64,000 bases of DNA from Alphaproteobacteria bacterium (GCA_965216755.1 CBDCGL010000011.1:3475482-3539481), one strand, 5' to 3'; counted from the first letter of the stretch, positions 1-10,355 are shown. Program-made: numbers and translations. The notes: generated by a model not told the origin, from the sequence alone.

Positions 1-2573
1 CTTATGTCGAGGTCTTCCTGACCAAGTCTCACGCGCCGCGCCGTCGCCTGGCGACCAAGGGGGCGCTGGCGCACGATCCGGGCGTCGGCGACATATTGAG
101 TAGCGAGTGCGCGCGGTTGCTGACAATGGTCGATCGGCAGCGCAAGGTGGAAGTGGCAAAGGCAACCGGCGCTTTGCTGCGTTTGGCTGATGGATTGTTG
201 GTCGCTTACGAACAGCAAAAGCGAATCCACGCACGGCTCGACTATGACGACCTGATTTTGCGCAGCCGTGATTTGTTGATTCGACCCGGCGTTGCGCCTT
301 GGGTGCTGTTCAAGCTCGACGGTGGTATCGACCATATTTTGATCGACGAAGCTCAGGATACCAATCCGGAGCAATGGCAGGTGATCGGCGCCTTGGCCGA
401 GGAATTTTTCGCTGGCCTTGGTGCGCGCGCCGTCGACCGGACCGTGTTTGCGGTCGGTGACAGCAAACAATCGATCTACAGTTTTCAACGCGCCGATCCC
501 GACGCCTTCGCCCGAATGCGCGCCCATTTCGAATCCAAGGCCCTGGCCGCGGCAAAAGGTTGGGGCGAGGTTGTGCTTAACATCTCTTTCCGCTCCAGTG
601 CCGCCGTCCTCCAAGCCGTCGATGCCGTATTCGCGCATGCGCCGGCCAATGATGGGGTGATCTTCGACGGCGTGCCGATGCGTCACGAACCATTCCGCCA
701 GGGCGCGGCGGGCTTGGTCGAGCTGTGGCCGCCGGTGGTCGACCAGCCGACCGACACACCGCAGCCATGGAAGCCATCGGTGGAGCGTGTCTCGGGCGAT
801 ACCGCACGGGCGCGCCTGGCCCGCCTGTTGGCCGCCAAGATCAGCAGCTTGTGCGATGGCCGCACCTTGCTTGAGTCACGCGGCCGGCCGATCGAGGCCG
901 GCGACATCATGGTGTTGGTGCGCCGACGCAGCGCATTTGTCGACGATTTGGTGCGGGCGCTCAAAGGCCTCGACGTTGGCGTCGCCGGTTCCGACCGCTT
1001 GGTGTTGACCGACCATATCGCGGTCATGGACTTGATTTCGCTGGGCCGGTTTTTGCTGCTGCCGGAGGACGACTTGAGCCTGGCCGAGGTCCTCAAGTCG
1101 CCCTTGTGCGGTCTCGATGACGACGATCTGTTCGCCCTGGCCCACGATCGCCCGGCGACTTTGTGGCAAGCGCTGCGCGCGCGTGGTGCCGAGCGGCCGA
1201 AATGGCGCGAAGCCCATGACCTGCTGCGTGACCTATTGGGACGTGTCGACATGAGCGGTGTCTATGATCTTTATGCTGAGATCTTAGGCCCGCGTGGCGG
1301 CCGGCGGGCGTTGCTGGCCCGAATCGGACCCGAAGCGGCCGATCCACTCAGCGAATTCCTGACCCAGGCTTTGCGTTACGAGCGCGAGCATGTGCCGTCT
1401 CTGCAAGGATTTCTGCATTGGCTCGATGCCAGCGCGGTCGAGATCAAGCGCGATTTGGAACACGGTGGGGGCAATGCGGTAAGGATCATGACCGTGCATG
1501 GCGCCAAGGGCTTGGAGGCGCCGATCGTATTTCTGCCCGATACGCTACAAACGCCGCCGCCGGTGCCGGCGCTGTTATGGGCGCACGATGGTCAAGCCGT
1601 GTTTTGGGCGCCCGCCCGCTGGCGCGATCGCCATTGTGATGCATTGCACGATCGTGCTGAGGCCCGCCGCGACCGCGAATATCGGCGTCTGCTCTATGTC
1701 GCCATGACTCGGGCACAGGATCGCCTCTATGTGTGCGGCTGGCACGGCGTGCAGGCGCCGAGCAAAGAGTGTTGGTATCATTTGATCAAATCAGGTCTGG
1801 CAGCGGTCGCGACCGAGGTCGTAGATCAATTTCTTGCCGGCGACGTCGATGCTCCGCGCGGCACCGTTTACCGCCTTAGCTGCGCCCAAACGGCGCCGCC
1901 GGACATCAAGAAATCCGCCCCGCCCACACCGCGTGTGCGCGACACCGCTTGGGCAAGGCGGCCGCCGCCACCTGAGTCCGAAACCGCTGAACGCCTAATC
2001 GCCAGTCAGCCGACAACGCCCGATCCGGCGCCGCGATCGCCGATGACCGGGCCCGGACAGGATGCCGCGCGGCGCGGCCGCATCGTTCATAACCTCTTGT
2101 ATTTGCTGCCCAATGTGCCGCCCGCGCAACGACTGGCGCGGTGTCGGGAAATCGTGGCGGCGCCCCGCCATGGCGTCGACGCGGCGTCTCAAAAGGCGTT
2201 GGTCGGGGCGGTTATGGCGGTCTTGCAAGATCCTCAATTCGCGCCGGTTTTTGGCCCCGGAAGTCAGGGCGAAGTGGCCGTCGCGGGCACGCTCCAAAGC
2301 GCCGTTTCGGGCCGTCCGCGCAGCGTATCGGCGCGCATCGATCGGTTGGCGGTAACCGATGATGAAGTCTTGATTGTCGATTACAAGACCGGCCGCAACC
2401 CGCCGCAGGAGGTGAGCGAAACCCCGCCCGCCTATATCCGACAAATGGCTATTTACCGTGCCGCATTGCGGCAAATTTATCCAGACCGGCCCGTGACTTG
2501 CGCTTTGTTATGGGTGGATTCGCCCGGTCTGATGGCGCTGCCGCGCGCGCTTTTGGATGCCCATATGCCGTGA
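1..2573 (+). CDS. addA: Double-strand break repair helicase/nuclease AddA, 5'-truncated by window edge (C-terminal ~825 aa present)
   Basis: UvrD-type helicase motif II (ILIDEAQDTNPEQW); C-terminal PD-(D/E)XK nuclease motif (LIVDYKTGR); continuous ORF running to the window start; trxA immediately downstream as in alphaproteobacterial addAB-trxA loci. Confidence 0.75.
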   Translation, partial: YVEVFLTKSHAPRRRLATKGALAHDPGVGDILSSECARLLTMVDRQRKVEVAKATGALLRLADGLLVAYEQQKRIHARLDYDDLILRSRDLLIRPGVAPWVLFKLDGGIDHILIDEAQDTNPEQWQVIGALAEEFFAGLGARAVDRTVFAVGDSKQSIYSFQRADPDAFARMRAHFESKALAAAKGWGEVVLNISFRSSAAVLQAVDAVFAHAPANDGVIFDGVPMRHEPFRQGAAGLVELWPPVVDQPTDTPQPWKPSVERVSGDTARARLARLLAAKISSLCDGRTLLESRGRPIEAGDIMVLVRRRSAFVDDLVRALKGLDVGVAGSDRLVLTDHIAVMDLISLGRFLLLPEDDLSLAEVLKSPLCGLDDDDLFALAHDRPATLWQALRARGAERPKWREAHDLLRDLLGRVDMSGVYDLYAEILGPRGGRRALLARIGPEAADPLSEFLTQALRYEREHVPSLQGFLHWLDASAVEIKRDLEHGGGNAVRIMTVHGAKGLEAPIVFLPDTLQTPPPVPALLWAHDGQAVFWAPARWRDRHCDALHDRAEARRDREYRRLLYVAMTRAQDRLYVCGWHGVQAPSKECWYHLIKSGLAAVATEVVDQFLAGDVDAPRGTVYRLSCAQTAPPDIKKSAPPTPRVRDTAWARRPPPPESETAERLIASQPTTPDPAPRSPMTGPGQDAARRGRIVHNLLYLLPNVPPAQRLARCREIVAAPRHGVDAASQKALVGAVMAVLQDPQFAPVFGPGSQGEVAVAGTLQSAVSGRPRSVSARIDRLAVTDDEVLIVDYKTGRNPPQEVSETPPAYIRQMAIYRAALRQIYPDRPVTCALLWVDSPGLMALPRALLDAHMP

Positions 2574-2655
2574 TTGGAGCCCTTGACCGGCCGCTATCCC
2601 ACACCTACATTCGTCGGCCAGCGCACCCAGCGTCACCTGCGGAAGGCCAGACCTG

Positions 2656-2976
2656 ATGTCCACCAAGCACGTATCCGATTCGTCGTTCGAGCAAGACGTG
2701 ATCAATGCCGCGGAGCCGGTTTTGGTCGACTTCTGGGCGGAATGGTGCGGCCCCTGTAAACAGATTGCGCCGGCATTGGAAGAAATCGCCAGTGAATATG
2801 GCGACAAGATCACGGTGGCGAAGGTCAATATCGATGAGAATCCGCAAGCGCCGACGCGCTATGGCGTGCGCGGCATTCCCACCCTGATGCTGTTCAAGAA
2901 CGGTCAGGTGGCGGCGACCAAAGTGGGCGCGGCGCCGAAAGGCAAATTGGTCGAGTGGATCGATTCGTCGCTGTAA
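2656..2976 (+). CDS. trxA: Thioredoxin
   Basis: 106 aa; canonical WCGPCK active site; thioredoxin fold length. Confidence 0.92.
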   Translation: MSTKHVSDSSFEQDVINAAEPVLVDFWAEWCGPCKQIAPALEEIASEYGDKITVAKVNIDENPQAPTRYGVRGIPTLMLFKNGQVAATKVGAAPKGKLVEWIDSSL

Positions 2977-3110
2977 GTCCGGGCTTCGTCGCAGCCATTT
3001 TCGTCACTTCAAATCACCGCGATCTTACGCTTTGACCACTCGTTTTCGCGCGACCGTTTGATATTATCTATGGTTGCGCGCTTGGCGCCGGGTGTTTTCA
3101 GGAATCGGGA

Positions 3111-3779
3111 TTGTCGACGATGTTTGCGAATGTTCGCCGTATAGGCTTTACCGTTGGTGTCTTGTTGTTGGTCAACGGCGTGGCGCAGGCCGCCGAACGT
3201 TTGGCGTGGGAAGATCTGGCGCCGGCACTGGATCCCGTCGACGATCCGTATGTGACGCTGACCTATGAGCAACAAAACAACCTGTCGGATGTGTTTTGGG
3301 TGCTCAATTTGCGCAAGCAGGGCACGAGCGGGCCGGAATTCGACATGACCGAGGCCCAGGCACGCAAGAACCTGGAGGCCGCCGGTTTGGACGCCGACGA
3401 GCTGATCGCCAAAATCCTCGCCTTTCAGGAAAAGATGGAAGCGCATGATTCGACGCTGATCGAAGCCTTGGATGGTCAAGAGGTTCAATTGCCCGGCTAT
3501 GCCTTGCCACTTGAATACGCCGGTACGACCATTACGGAATTCCTGTTGGTGCCGTATGTGGGCGCGTGCATTCACACGCCGCCGCCGCCGCCCAACCAAA
3601 TTGTCCACGTCCACAGCACCGACGGTTTCGAGGATCTGGGGCTGTTTACGCCCATTTGGGTGACCGGCAAAATGTCGGCGACGCCGAGCTCGCAGTCCTT
3701 AAGCTTTGTCGATGGTTCGTCGGATATCGAAGTTGGTTATGGTCTGCAGGCGACCGAGATTGAACCGTATGAAGAGTGA
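3111..3779 (+). CDS. DUF3299-family secreted protein (copy 1)
   Basis: N-terminal signal peptide (LLLVNGVAQA); conserved GAC-H-PPPPP-NQ-V-V motif shared with the protein at 5880-6482; adjacent to FtsX-type ABC module. Confidence 0.55.
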   Translation: MSTMFANVRRIGFTVGVLLLVNGVAQAAERLAWEDLAPALDPVDDPYVTLTYEQQNNLSDVFWVLNLRKQGTSGPEFDMTEAQARKNLEAAGLDADELIAKILAFQEKMEAHDSTLIEALDGQEVQLPGYALPLEYAGTTITEFLLVPYVGACIHTPPPPPNQIVHVHSTDGFEDLGLFTPIWVTGKMSATPSSQSLSFVDGSSDIEVGYGLQATEIEPYEE

Positions 3780-3787
3780 ACGGGTGT

Positions 3788-5047
3788 TCAGGTCTTGACG
3801 GTCATGCCATCGGCCAGCGATAGCCGATAGGCGCGGGCCGCCGGCAGAACGCCCGCCAAACAACCGGCTACAACGATCCCCGCCAGGGTCAGCAGCTCCG
3901 CGCGGCTCAGTGGATCGAGCGCCAGATAAAGTCCGAACTGCGCGTCGACGATGGGACGTACGGCCGCCAACACCCCGTAAAGCACGATACACCCGAGGAC
4001 CGTGCCGGCCAGGGTCAACAAACCGGCTTCGGACATGAGCAAAGCAAATGTCGTACGCGGTGGCGCACCGACAGCCCGCAAGATCGCCATTTCGCGGCGT
4101 CGCTCGTTGAGCGTGGTCAGGATCATGGTGACCATGCCCAATAGCGCCGTCAGCACGACCATCGCCGATACCAGCGTCAGCGCGGTTTCGGCCACGTCGA
4201 CCAGCGACCACAATTCCTGAAGCGCCACGCCGGGCAAAATGGCGGTCAGCGGCTCGGCGCGATACTCGTTGATGAACCGCTGCAGTTTGAAGGTTGCGAC
4301 CCGTGGCGTGACACCGATCATGGCCGCCGTGACCGCGGTCGGCGTCAATGGCAGGCGCCGGACTTGATCGGGCGTCATGCGGCGGCCCTGCGGCGCGCTG
4401 CCGCTCTGCCAATCGATGTGAATGGCTTCGATTGCTTCCAGGCTGACATGCACGGTGCGGTCGACCGGCGTGCCCGTCTTGCCAAGCACGCCCGCGATGC
4501 GAAACGGCTTGTCGGCATGGTCTTGGGGCGCCAGTGAACCGATACCATGTTCGACCACCAGCGGGTCGCCGACGCGATAGCCAAGCCGCGCCGCGACATC
4601 GGCGCCGACAACCGTGTCGAACAGATCGTCAAACGGACCGCCGGCCGCGAACGTCAAGCCTTGCTGTTTGCGGTATTGATAATGAACAAAATAATCACGG
4701 CTGGTGCCGAGGACCCGAAAGCCGCGATGACTGTCGCCCAGCGACAGCGGCACGATCCATTTGACTTCAGGCCGCGCGGCGATCTCGTCCAGGCTTTCCA
4801 TGGTGATGTTGGCCGTGGCGTTGCCGATGCGAAACACCGCATAGAGCAGCAGTTGCACCGCGCCGGCACGGGCGCCGACGATCAAATCGGTGCCCGATAT
4901 GGTATCGGCGAAGCTGGCCTTGGCGCCGACCCGGACCTTTTCGACGCCCAAAAACAAGGTCACGCTCAGCGCGATCGCCAGCACGGTCAGCATGGCGGTC
5001 AGCCAGCGATTGCGCAGCGATTGCAGAGCCAGGCGCAAGATGACCAT
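3788..5047 (-). CDS. ABC transporter permease, FtsX/MacB-like (module 1)
   Basis: 419 aa, N-terminal TM, large periplasmic domain, C-terminal FtsX-type 3-TM bundle; follows ATPase gene with 8-bp gap. Confidence 0.75.
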   Translation of the reverse strand: MVILRLALQSLRNRWLTAMLTVLAIALSVTLFLGVEKVRVGAKASFADTISGTDLIVGARAGAVQLLLYAVFRIGNATANITMESLDEIAARPEVKWIVPLSLGDSHRGFRVLGTSRDYFVHYQYRKQQGLTFAAGGPFDDLFDTVVGADVAARLGYRVGDPLVVEHGIGSLAPQDHADKPFRIAGVLGKTGTPVDRTVHVSLEAIEAIHIDWQSGSAPQGRRMTPDQVRRLPLTPTAVTAAMIGVTPRVATFKLQRFINEYRAEPLTAILPGVALQELWSLVDVAETALTLVSAMVVLTALLGMVTMILTTLNERRREMAILRAVGAPPRTTFALLMSEAGLLTLAGTVLGCIVLYGVLAAVRPIVDAQFGLYLALDPLSRAELLTLAGIVVAGCLAGVLPAARAYRLSLADGMTVKT

Positions 5048-5055
5048 GGCGTTCC

Positions 5056-5781
5056 TCAGCTGGTACGGGCGACGTGGTCAAGACGCAGGGTGCGATCGAA
5101 CATGGGCGCCAGGGTCTCATCGTGGCTGACCATGATCAAGGTCGCGCCGGCGCGCGCCACTTCTTCGAACAACAATGTCAGAAACGCGTGCTGGCGATCG
5201 CGATCCAAGGCCGAGGTCGGCTCATCCGCGACCACAAGATCCGGTTGGCCGATCAGGGCACGGGCGACCGCGACCCGCTGTTGCTGGCCGACACTGAGCT
5301 GCGCCGTCGCGCGCCGCGACAGTGCATCGCCCAAGCCGAGCCGGGTCAGGAGCCGCCGCGCTTCTTGGTCAACCGGGCCTTGGGCCAACGTGCGACGCCG
5401 TCGCGCCGGTGAAAAGCTGAGCGGCAAAATCACATTGTCGAGCAATGATGCGTAGGGCAAAAGGTTAAACATTTGGAAGATGATGCCAAAATGGTCGGCC
5501 CGGAATCGGTCGCAAGCCGCGCCCCGAAGGCGCGCGATGTCGGTGTCGACCACCCGGATGGCACCGGTGTCGGGACGGGCGATGCCGCAAATCAAACTGA
5601 GCAGAGTGGATTTGCCGCTGCCCGACGGCCCCATCAACAACAGCGTCTCCCCTTTCGTGACCGCGAAGTCGTCGATCGCGATCGTAAAACCGTCGCCGTC
5701 GCGCGCCGCATGGCGCCAGGCGAAGCGCACGCCGGACAGGGCTAAGATCGTATCCGTGTCAGGAGCCGCGCCGGTATTCAC
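5056..5781 (-). CDS. ABC transporter ATP-binding protein (module 1)
   Basis: Walker A GPSGSGKST, ABC signature LSVGQQQR, Walker B LVVADEPTSALD. Confidence 0.88.
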   Translation of the reverse strand: MNTGAAPDTDTILALSGVRFAWRHAARDGDGFTIAIDDFAVTKGETLLLMGPSGSGKSTLLSLICGIARPDTGAIRVVDTDIARLRGAACDRFRADHFGIIFQMFNLLPYASLLDNVILPLSFSPARRRRTLAQGPVDQEARRLLTRLGLGDALSRRATAQLSVGQQQRVAVARALIGQPDLVVADEPTSALDRDRQHAFLTLLFEEVARAGATLIMVSHDETLAPMFDRTLRLDHVARTS

Positions 5782-5879
5782 GGGGCAAAGCCTGGATAGC
5801 GTGGCATGGCGTCAGAAAAACAACGATATATCATCACATAAAAGACGTGGTCTTGTCGCGGTGGCCATGGTCGCGCCGC

Positions 5880-6482
5880 TTATTGGGTCAGCGGGCTTTG
5901 CGGCAGGTCGCCGGTCCAGCGAATGTCGTCAAATCGTTCAACCAACGCGGCGTCTTGCATACGGTAAAACATGCCGAACGGGTCGTCGTGGAGCACCTCG
6001 AACGTGCCCGCCATCATAATTGCGCCGTCGCCGAACTCGACCGGCTCCTCGCAGAAGATTTCGACCATTTGCGATGGCCCAGCCGGTAGGCAAAAGGGGC
6101 ATCCCGGCGGCCAAGCGGAGAGCAGAAAGTGATCGTGGCTCTCGCCGCCTTCCAACGGAAAAATAAAGCCCATGATCTTGACCTGTTGCTGGTCAAGCGC
6201 TTCGATTTCGTCGGAATAGGCGACGTGAAACACGGTGCGCAGGGGGGCCAGAACCTCGGCCTCGATATCCATGTTGCCCAGCACGTCCCAACTGACGGCG
6301 CCTTCGGGTACTTGATAGAACGTGTTGTGGACAGACGGAATGTCCTCAGGTTCGATCAATTCCGGTGTGGCCGGCTCTTCGACCACGTCCTCAGCCGGCG
6401 CAGCGCTGGCGAGCAACATCACTGCCATGCAGGCAACGACGCTACGGTTGGTCACCGATTTGATCACGTTCACAAGCGCCAT
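5880..6482 (-). CDS. DUF3299-family secreted protein (copy 2)
   Basis: Signal peptide (AVMLLASAAPA); conserved PPGCPFC...PSQ-V-E motif paralogous to 3111-3779; start taken at MALVNV. Confidence 0.5.
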   Translation of the reverse strand: MALVNVIKSVTNRSVVACMAVMLLASAAPAEDVVEEPATPELIEPEDIPSVHNTFYQVPEGAVSWDVLGNMDIEAEVLAPLRTVFHVAYSDEIEALDQQQVKIMGFIFPLEGGESHDHFLLSAWPPGCPFCLPAGPSQMVEIFCEEPVEFGDGAIMMAGTFEVLHDDPFGMFYRMQDAALVERFDDIRWTGDLPQSPLTQ

Positions 6483-6530
6483 GTTTGAATCCTCAAATCC
6501 TAGCTGTTCTTTGTTCATAAGTGTAAGAAC

Positions 6531-7787
6531 TCAGCTGCGTGTTGCAAGTAGCGCCGCGATATCGGCGCGATAGGCCTGGATCGCGGGTATCAACGACGCC
6601 GAAAGGCCAATGGCCAGGGCCAGGCCGACAACATAGGCCTCTTGGGCCAGCACCAAGCCGCCGGTCAGGCCGAGCTCTCGCGCTTCGGGCACGATCCGGC
6701 CAAGCAGTTCGGTGACGCCGTGACCCACAACCACCCCCAGCAGGGCGCCGGCCGCCGCCAACATCAGCCCTTCGACCAGCGGCTGCGCAAAAAGCGTCCG
6801 ACGCGACGCACCAAGGGTGCGCATGACGGCCAAATCGTATCGTCGCTCCTGCATGGCGTTCGACAATGCGATAAACACGCTCAAGCCGGCCGTACCGACC
6901 AGCAACAGGCCAAAGCCGCGCAGCGTATCGAGACCTATGCCGACCAGCGACAGCAGGCGGCTCATTTCCAACGCCGGCGACGCGGCGAGCAGATGCTGTT
7001 TTTGATTGACTTGCACCGGCAGTTGGATGGCGGCGATCGGCGTCGTAAACCGGACCAAGAGCGCGGTCACTTCCAACGGTCGCGCGTCTGCGTGCGTTGC
7101 GTCTATTTCCGCGGCGTCACCGTGCCCGTCCTGTTCCGCGTCGTGCCCATCATGTTCCGCGCCGTGTGGATCGATTCCGTGGGCCAGCCACACGCTTTCG
7201 ATACTGGTCAACACCAACCGGTCGATGACGCTGTCGTTCGGTGTCAAAATGCCGACCACTTCCAATGGGTGGTCACCGTGTGTGGTGCCACCGGCGACCA
7301 AACCATGACTGCCGATAAACTTGTCGCCGAGTCGTAGGCCGGTCTGTGCCGCGACGGTCGCGCCCAATGTCGCTTGGTGAGGTTCCGCCCACAGCGTGCC
7401 GGATGCCAGCTTGGCGCCGTAGTGGTCGACATAGGGTGTTTCCGTCCCGACGATGCGAAAGCCGGCGACATTGTCGCCCAACGCCAGCGGGAAAATCGCG
7501 TCCACCAACGGGCTCTGGCGCCAATAGGCGGCTTCTTCTAGCGGGATGTTACCGGTTGGAATGTCGGCGTGATAGATGCTCGACAAGACCAACTGCAGCG
7601 GGCTGCCGGGTGCGCCGATGACCAGATCCAGGCCGCGGGCGTCGCGGGTCAAACGATTCTCGAATTGTGCGCCGAACAGCATCAAAACGATGATTGTGCC
7701 GATGCCCAGCGCCAGCAGCACAATGTTGAGCAAGGCGTTCAGGGCGCGCCCGCGAAGATAGGCAAGGCTAAGCGACAGTAGATTCAC
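6531..7787 (-). CDS. ABC transporter permease, FtsX/MacB-like, with His-rich periplasmic insert (module 2)
   Basis: FtsX-type topology; start assigned to GTG at 7785-7787, overlapping the TGA of the upstream ATPase gene (GTGA coupling); His/Asp-rich segment HGIDPHGAEHDGHDAEQDGHGD at about 7086-7181. Confidence 0.7.
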   Translation of the reverse strand: MNLLSLSLAYLRGRALNALLNIVLLALGIGTIIVLMLFGAQFENRLTRDARGLDLVIGAPGSPLQLVLSSIYHADIPTGNIPLEEAAYWRQSPLVDAIFPLALGDNVAGFRIVGTETPYVDHYGAKLASGTLWAEPHQATLGATVAAQTGLRLGDKFIGSHGLVAGGTTHGDHPLEVVGILTPNDSVIDRLVLTSIESVWLAHGIDPHGAEHDGHDAEQDGHGDAAEIDATHADARPLEVTALLVRFTTPIAAIQLPVQVNQKQHLLAASPALEMSRLLSLVGIGLDTLRGFGLLLVGTAGLSVFIALSNAMQERRYDLAVMRTLGASRRTLFAQPLVEGLMLAAAGALLGVVVGHGVTELLGRIVPEARELGLTGGLVLAQEAYVVGLALAIGLSASLIPAIQAYRADIAALLATRS

Positions 7788-8461
7788 GGCACGGCGGACA
7801 GATCGAGGCGATGGTTGAAGTGCTCTTGCAGACGCGCGTCGTGGGTCGAAACCACCAAGGTGGCGTCGGATGCGCGCGCTTGCGCCAACAACAACGAAAT
7901 CACCGCATCGCAATTGGCGTCGTCAAGCGCCGAAGTGGGTTCGTCCGCCAACACCAACGCCGGTTGATTGATCACGGCGCGCGCGATTGCTGCGCGCTGG
8001 CGCTCGCCATGGCTCAATTGTGCCGGTCGAGCGCCGGTGTGTCCACTAAGCCCCAATTCGTGCAATAGGCGGTCGATCGCCTGGCGATCGGGGGGCAACG
8101 CCGCCAACGAGCGCGCCAAGGCGATATTTTCATACACGGTGAGCGCCCCGATCAGATGCAGATTCTGAAGCACGATGCCGATGGTGCGGCCGCGGAACAC
8201 GTCCAGCTCGGCCGGTCGCAACTGGCTGAGCGCGCGGCCGGTGACCAGAACCCGCCCTTGGCTGGGTCGCAACAGGCCGGCTATCAGATGCAACAATGTG
8301 CTTTTGCCGCAGCCGGACGGGCCGTTTATCAGTGCATGTTGCCCGGGTTTCACAATCCAATCATCGATGTCCAGAACCGTGCGCGCACCAAATCGCTGGC
8401 GAATTTCGCGGACTTCCAGGGCGGGCGGAACGGCGCCGGATGTTTCTTGTGATGCGTGCAT
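7784..8461 (-). CDS. ABC transporter ATP-binding protein (module 2)
   Basis: Walker A GPSGCGKST, signature LSHGERQR, Walker B LVLADEPTSALD. Confidence 0.88.
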   Translation of the reverse strand: MHASQETSGAVPPALEVREIRQRFGARTVLDIDDWIVKPGQHALINGPSGCGKSTLLHLIAGLLRPSQGRVLVTGRALSQLRPAELDVFRGRTIGIVLQNLHLIGALTVYENIALARSLAALPPDRQAIDRLLHELGLSGHTGARPAQLSHGERQRAAIARAVINQPALVLADEPTSALDDANCDAVISLLLAQARASDATLVVSTHDARLQEHFNHRLDLSAVP

Positions 8462-8580
8462 TCAGCGGTGTATCACGGCTGCGTCTTGAAATCGCCGGTG
8501 CTGCGGATCGTACTCAGAACGGCGAGTCGCCAACATGCCATACGTTAAAGGCAAACGCGAATGAACGAACGACGCGGGCG

Positions 8581-9870
8581 TCACGATTTGCCGGCGTCTT
8601 CCTGCAAGGCCGCACCGGCGAGATAGAGCGAGCCGCAAATCAGCACACGCAACGGTGTTACGGTGCGGCCGAGCGCGGCAAAGGCGTCCGCCAGCGACGC
8701 CACGCCCGACGATCGCACGCGCAATTGGCGGCCGATTGCGGCGATGGCGTCGGCGGTGATGGCATTGGGCTGGCCTGGCACGGTCACGGCGACCAATTGG
8801 TCCGCAAACGGGGCGAGTGGCGCCAGGTACGCCAAAGGTGATTTGGAGGCGATCATGCCAACCACCAGAACCAGCGGACGAGTGTCGGTTTGCCGCCGCA
8901 ATGTGTCGGCAAGGGCACCAGCCGCGGCGGCGTTATGGCCGCCGTCCAGCCAAACCGTGCTGCCTGACGGCAACCGCGCAGCCACGGCGCCCGTCAAACG
9001 TTGCAGGCGCGCCGGCCAGCAGGCCTCTCGGATGCCGTCGGTAATGGCGATTTGCGGAACAGCGAAACCCCGGAGATTTTGCAATCCGACCACGGCCATG
9101 GCGGCGTTGACGATTTGATGCGGGCCGCGCAATCCGGGTTTGGGAAGATCGCGCCGCCCGGTCATCCGGGTAAGTAGAGCGAAACCAGCCGGGCCCACTT
9201 CCGCTGTCCAATCACGCCCGTAAACCGCGGCCGGCGCGCCGATCTGGCACGCGCGCGCGGCGATGGCGCGGCGCGCCACGGCCGGTTGTGGCCCGACAAC
9301 AACCGGAACGTCGGATTTCAGAATGCCGGCTTTTTCCATGGCGATGGTGGCCAGGTCGTGGCCGAGAAATTCTTCATGATCGCGCGACACCGACGTGATC
9401 AGCGTGAGTCGCGGGTGGGCCACCATATTGGTGGCGTCCAGGCGCCCACCCAGGCCGGTTTCCAGCAAAAGTACGTCAGCCGCTACGTCGGCGAATGCCA
9501 CAAAGGCCGCCGCTGTTGTGATCTCAAAAAATGTGATCGGTTGATCGCCGTTGGCGGCTTCGGTGGTTGCGATCACGCGCGCCAAATGCGCGTCACTGAT
9601 CGCGGCGCCCGCCAGCACGATGCGCTCGTTGAATCGAACCAGATGGGGTGATGTGTAGCGATGCACCCGATGGCCCGCGCGCGCGAGGATGGCGTCAAGA
9701 AATGCCACCACCGAACCTTTGCCGTTGGTGCCGGCAATATGGATCACGGGCGGCAGGTGGCGCTCAGGATGGCCCAGCGCGGCCAATAGGCGCGTCATGC
9801 GGCCCAGAGACAAGTCGATTTTTTTCGGATGCAGTCGGCTGAGCCTGTCGAGCAAAGGGTCGGCGGTCAC
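8581..9870 (-). CDS. folC: Bifunctional folylpolyglutamate synthase/dihydrofolate synthase
   Basis: 429 aa; P-loop HIAGTNGKGS; Mur-ligase-family architecture. Confidence 0.85.
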   Translation of the reverse strand: MTADPLLDRLSRLHPKKIDLSLGRMTRLLAALGHPERHLPPVIHIAGTNGKGSVVAFLDAILARAGHRVHRYTSPHLVRFNERIVLAGAAISDAHLARVIATTEAANGDQPITFFEITTAAAFVAFADVAADVLLLETGLGGRLDATNMVAHPRLTLITSVSRDHEEFLGHDLATIAMEKAGILKSDVPVVVGPQPAVARRAIAARACQIGAPAAVYGRDWTAEVGPAGFALLTRMTGRRDLPKPGLRGPHQIVNAAMAVVGLQNLRGFAVPQIAITDGIREACWPARLQRLTGAVAARLPSGSTVWLDGGHNAAAAGALADTLRRQTDTRPLVLVVGMIASKSPLAYLAPLAPFADQLVAVTVPGQPNAITADAIAAIGRQLRVRSSGVASLADAFAALGRTVTPLRVLICGSLYLAGAALQEDAGKS

Positions 9871-10331
9871 GGGCCGGCCGACGTCTTTGCGCGCAAGTTA
9901 TCCGCGCCCAGATTTTTTTTCACCACCAGCAACAGGTCGACCAGACTTTCACGCTGCTGTTTTGATAGCCCGGCAACCAACATTTCATAGAGGTCTTGGG
10001 CCGGCGCGCGCATGCTGTCGATGATCGGCTGTGCTGCGGCGGTGAGAAAAATTCGCTTGGTGCGTCGGTCTTGGGGATCCGCTTTGCGTTCGACCCACCC
10101 CTTTGCCTCCAAACGATCGACCAGGTTGCCCAATGCCACCTTGCCGATTTCCAAGACGTCAGCCAGTTCGGACTGGGCCAACCCCTGATCGCGGTAGATA
10201 CAGGTCAGCAGCCACCATTGTGACCGGGTCAGCCCCAGTGCCATCACGCGCCGATCGAACGACGTGCGAGTCAAGCGGGCGACGTCACCCAGCAGGAAGC
10301 CAAGATTTCGATCAACATTCGAGTCTTGCAT
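9867..10331 (-). CDS. MarR-family transcriptional regulator
   Basis: 154 aa winged-helix (LTRSQWWLLTCI...GLAQSELADVLEIGKVALGNLVDRLEAKGWVERKADPQDRRTKRI); stop overlaps folC start (ATGA). Confidence 0.8.
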   Translation of the reverse strand: MQDSNVDRNLGFLLGDVARLTRTSFDRRVMALGLTRSQWWLLTCIYRDQGLAQSELADVLEIGKVALGNLVDRLEAKGWVERKADPQDRRTKRIFLTAAAQPIIDSMRAPAQDLYEMLVAGLSKQQRESLVDLLLVVKKNLGADNLRAKTSAGP

Positions 10332-10355
10332 CGTTGCGAATTAATACTCTAGTGT

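Noticed and set aside
683-1252. Antisense ORFs inside addA (683-1252, 876-1217 and others)
   Set aside because: Arg/Pro/Ala-rich translations typical of high-GC antisense frames. They lie fully inside a strongly supported helicase gene.
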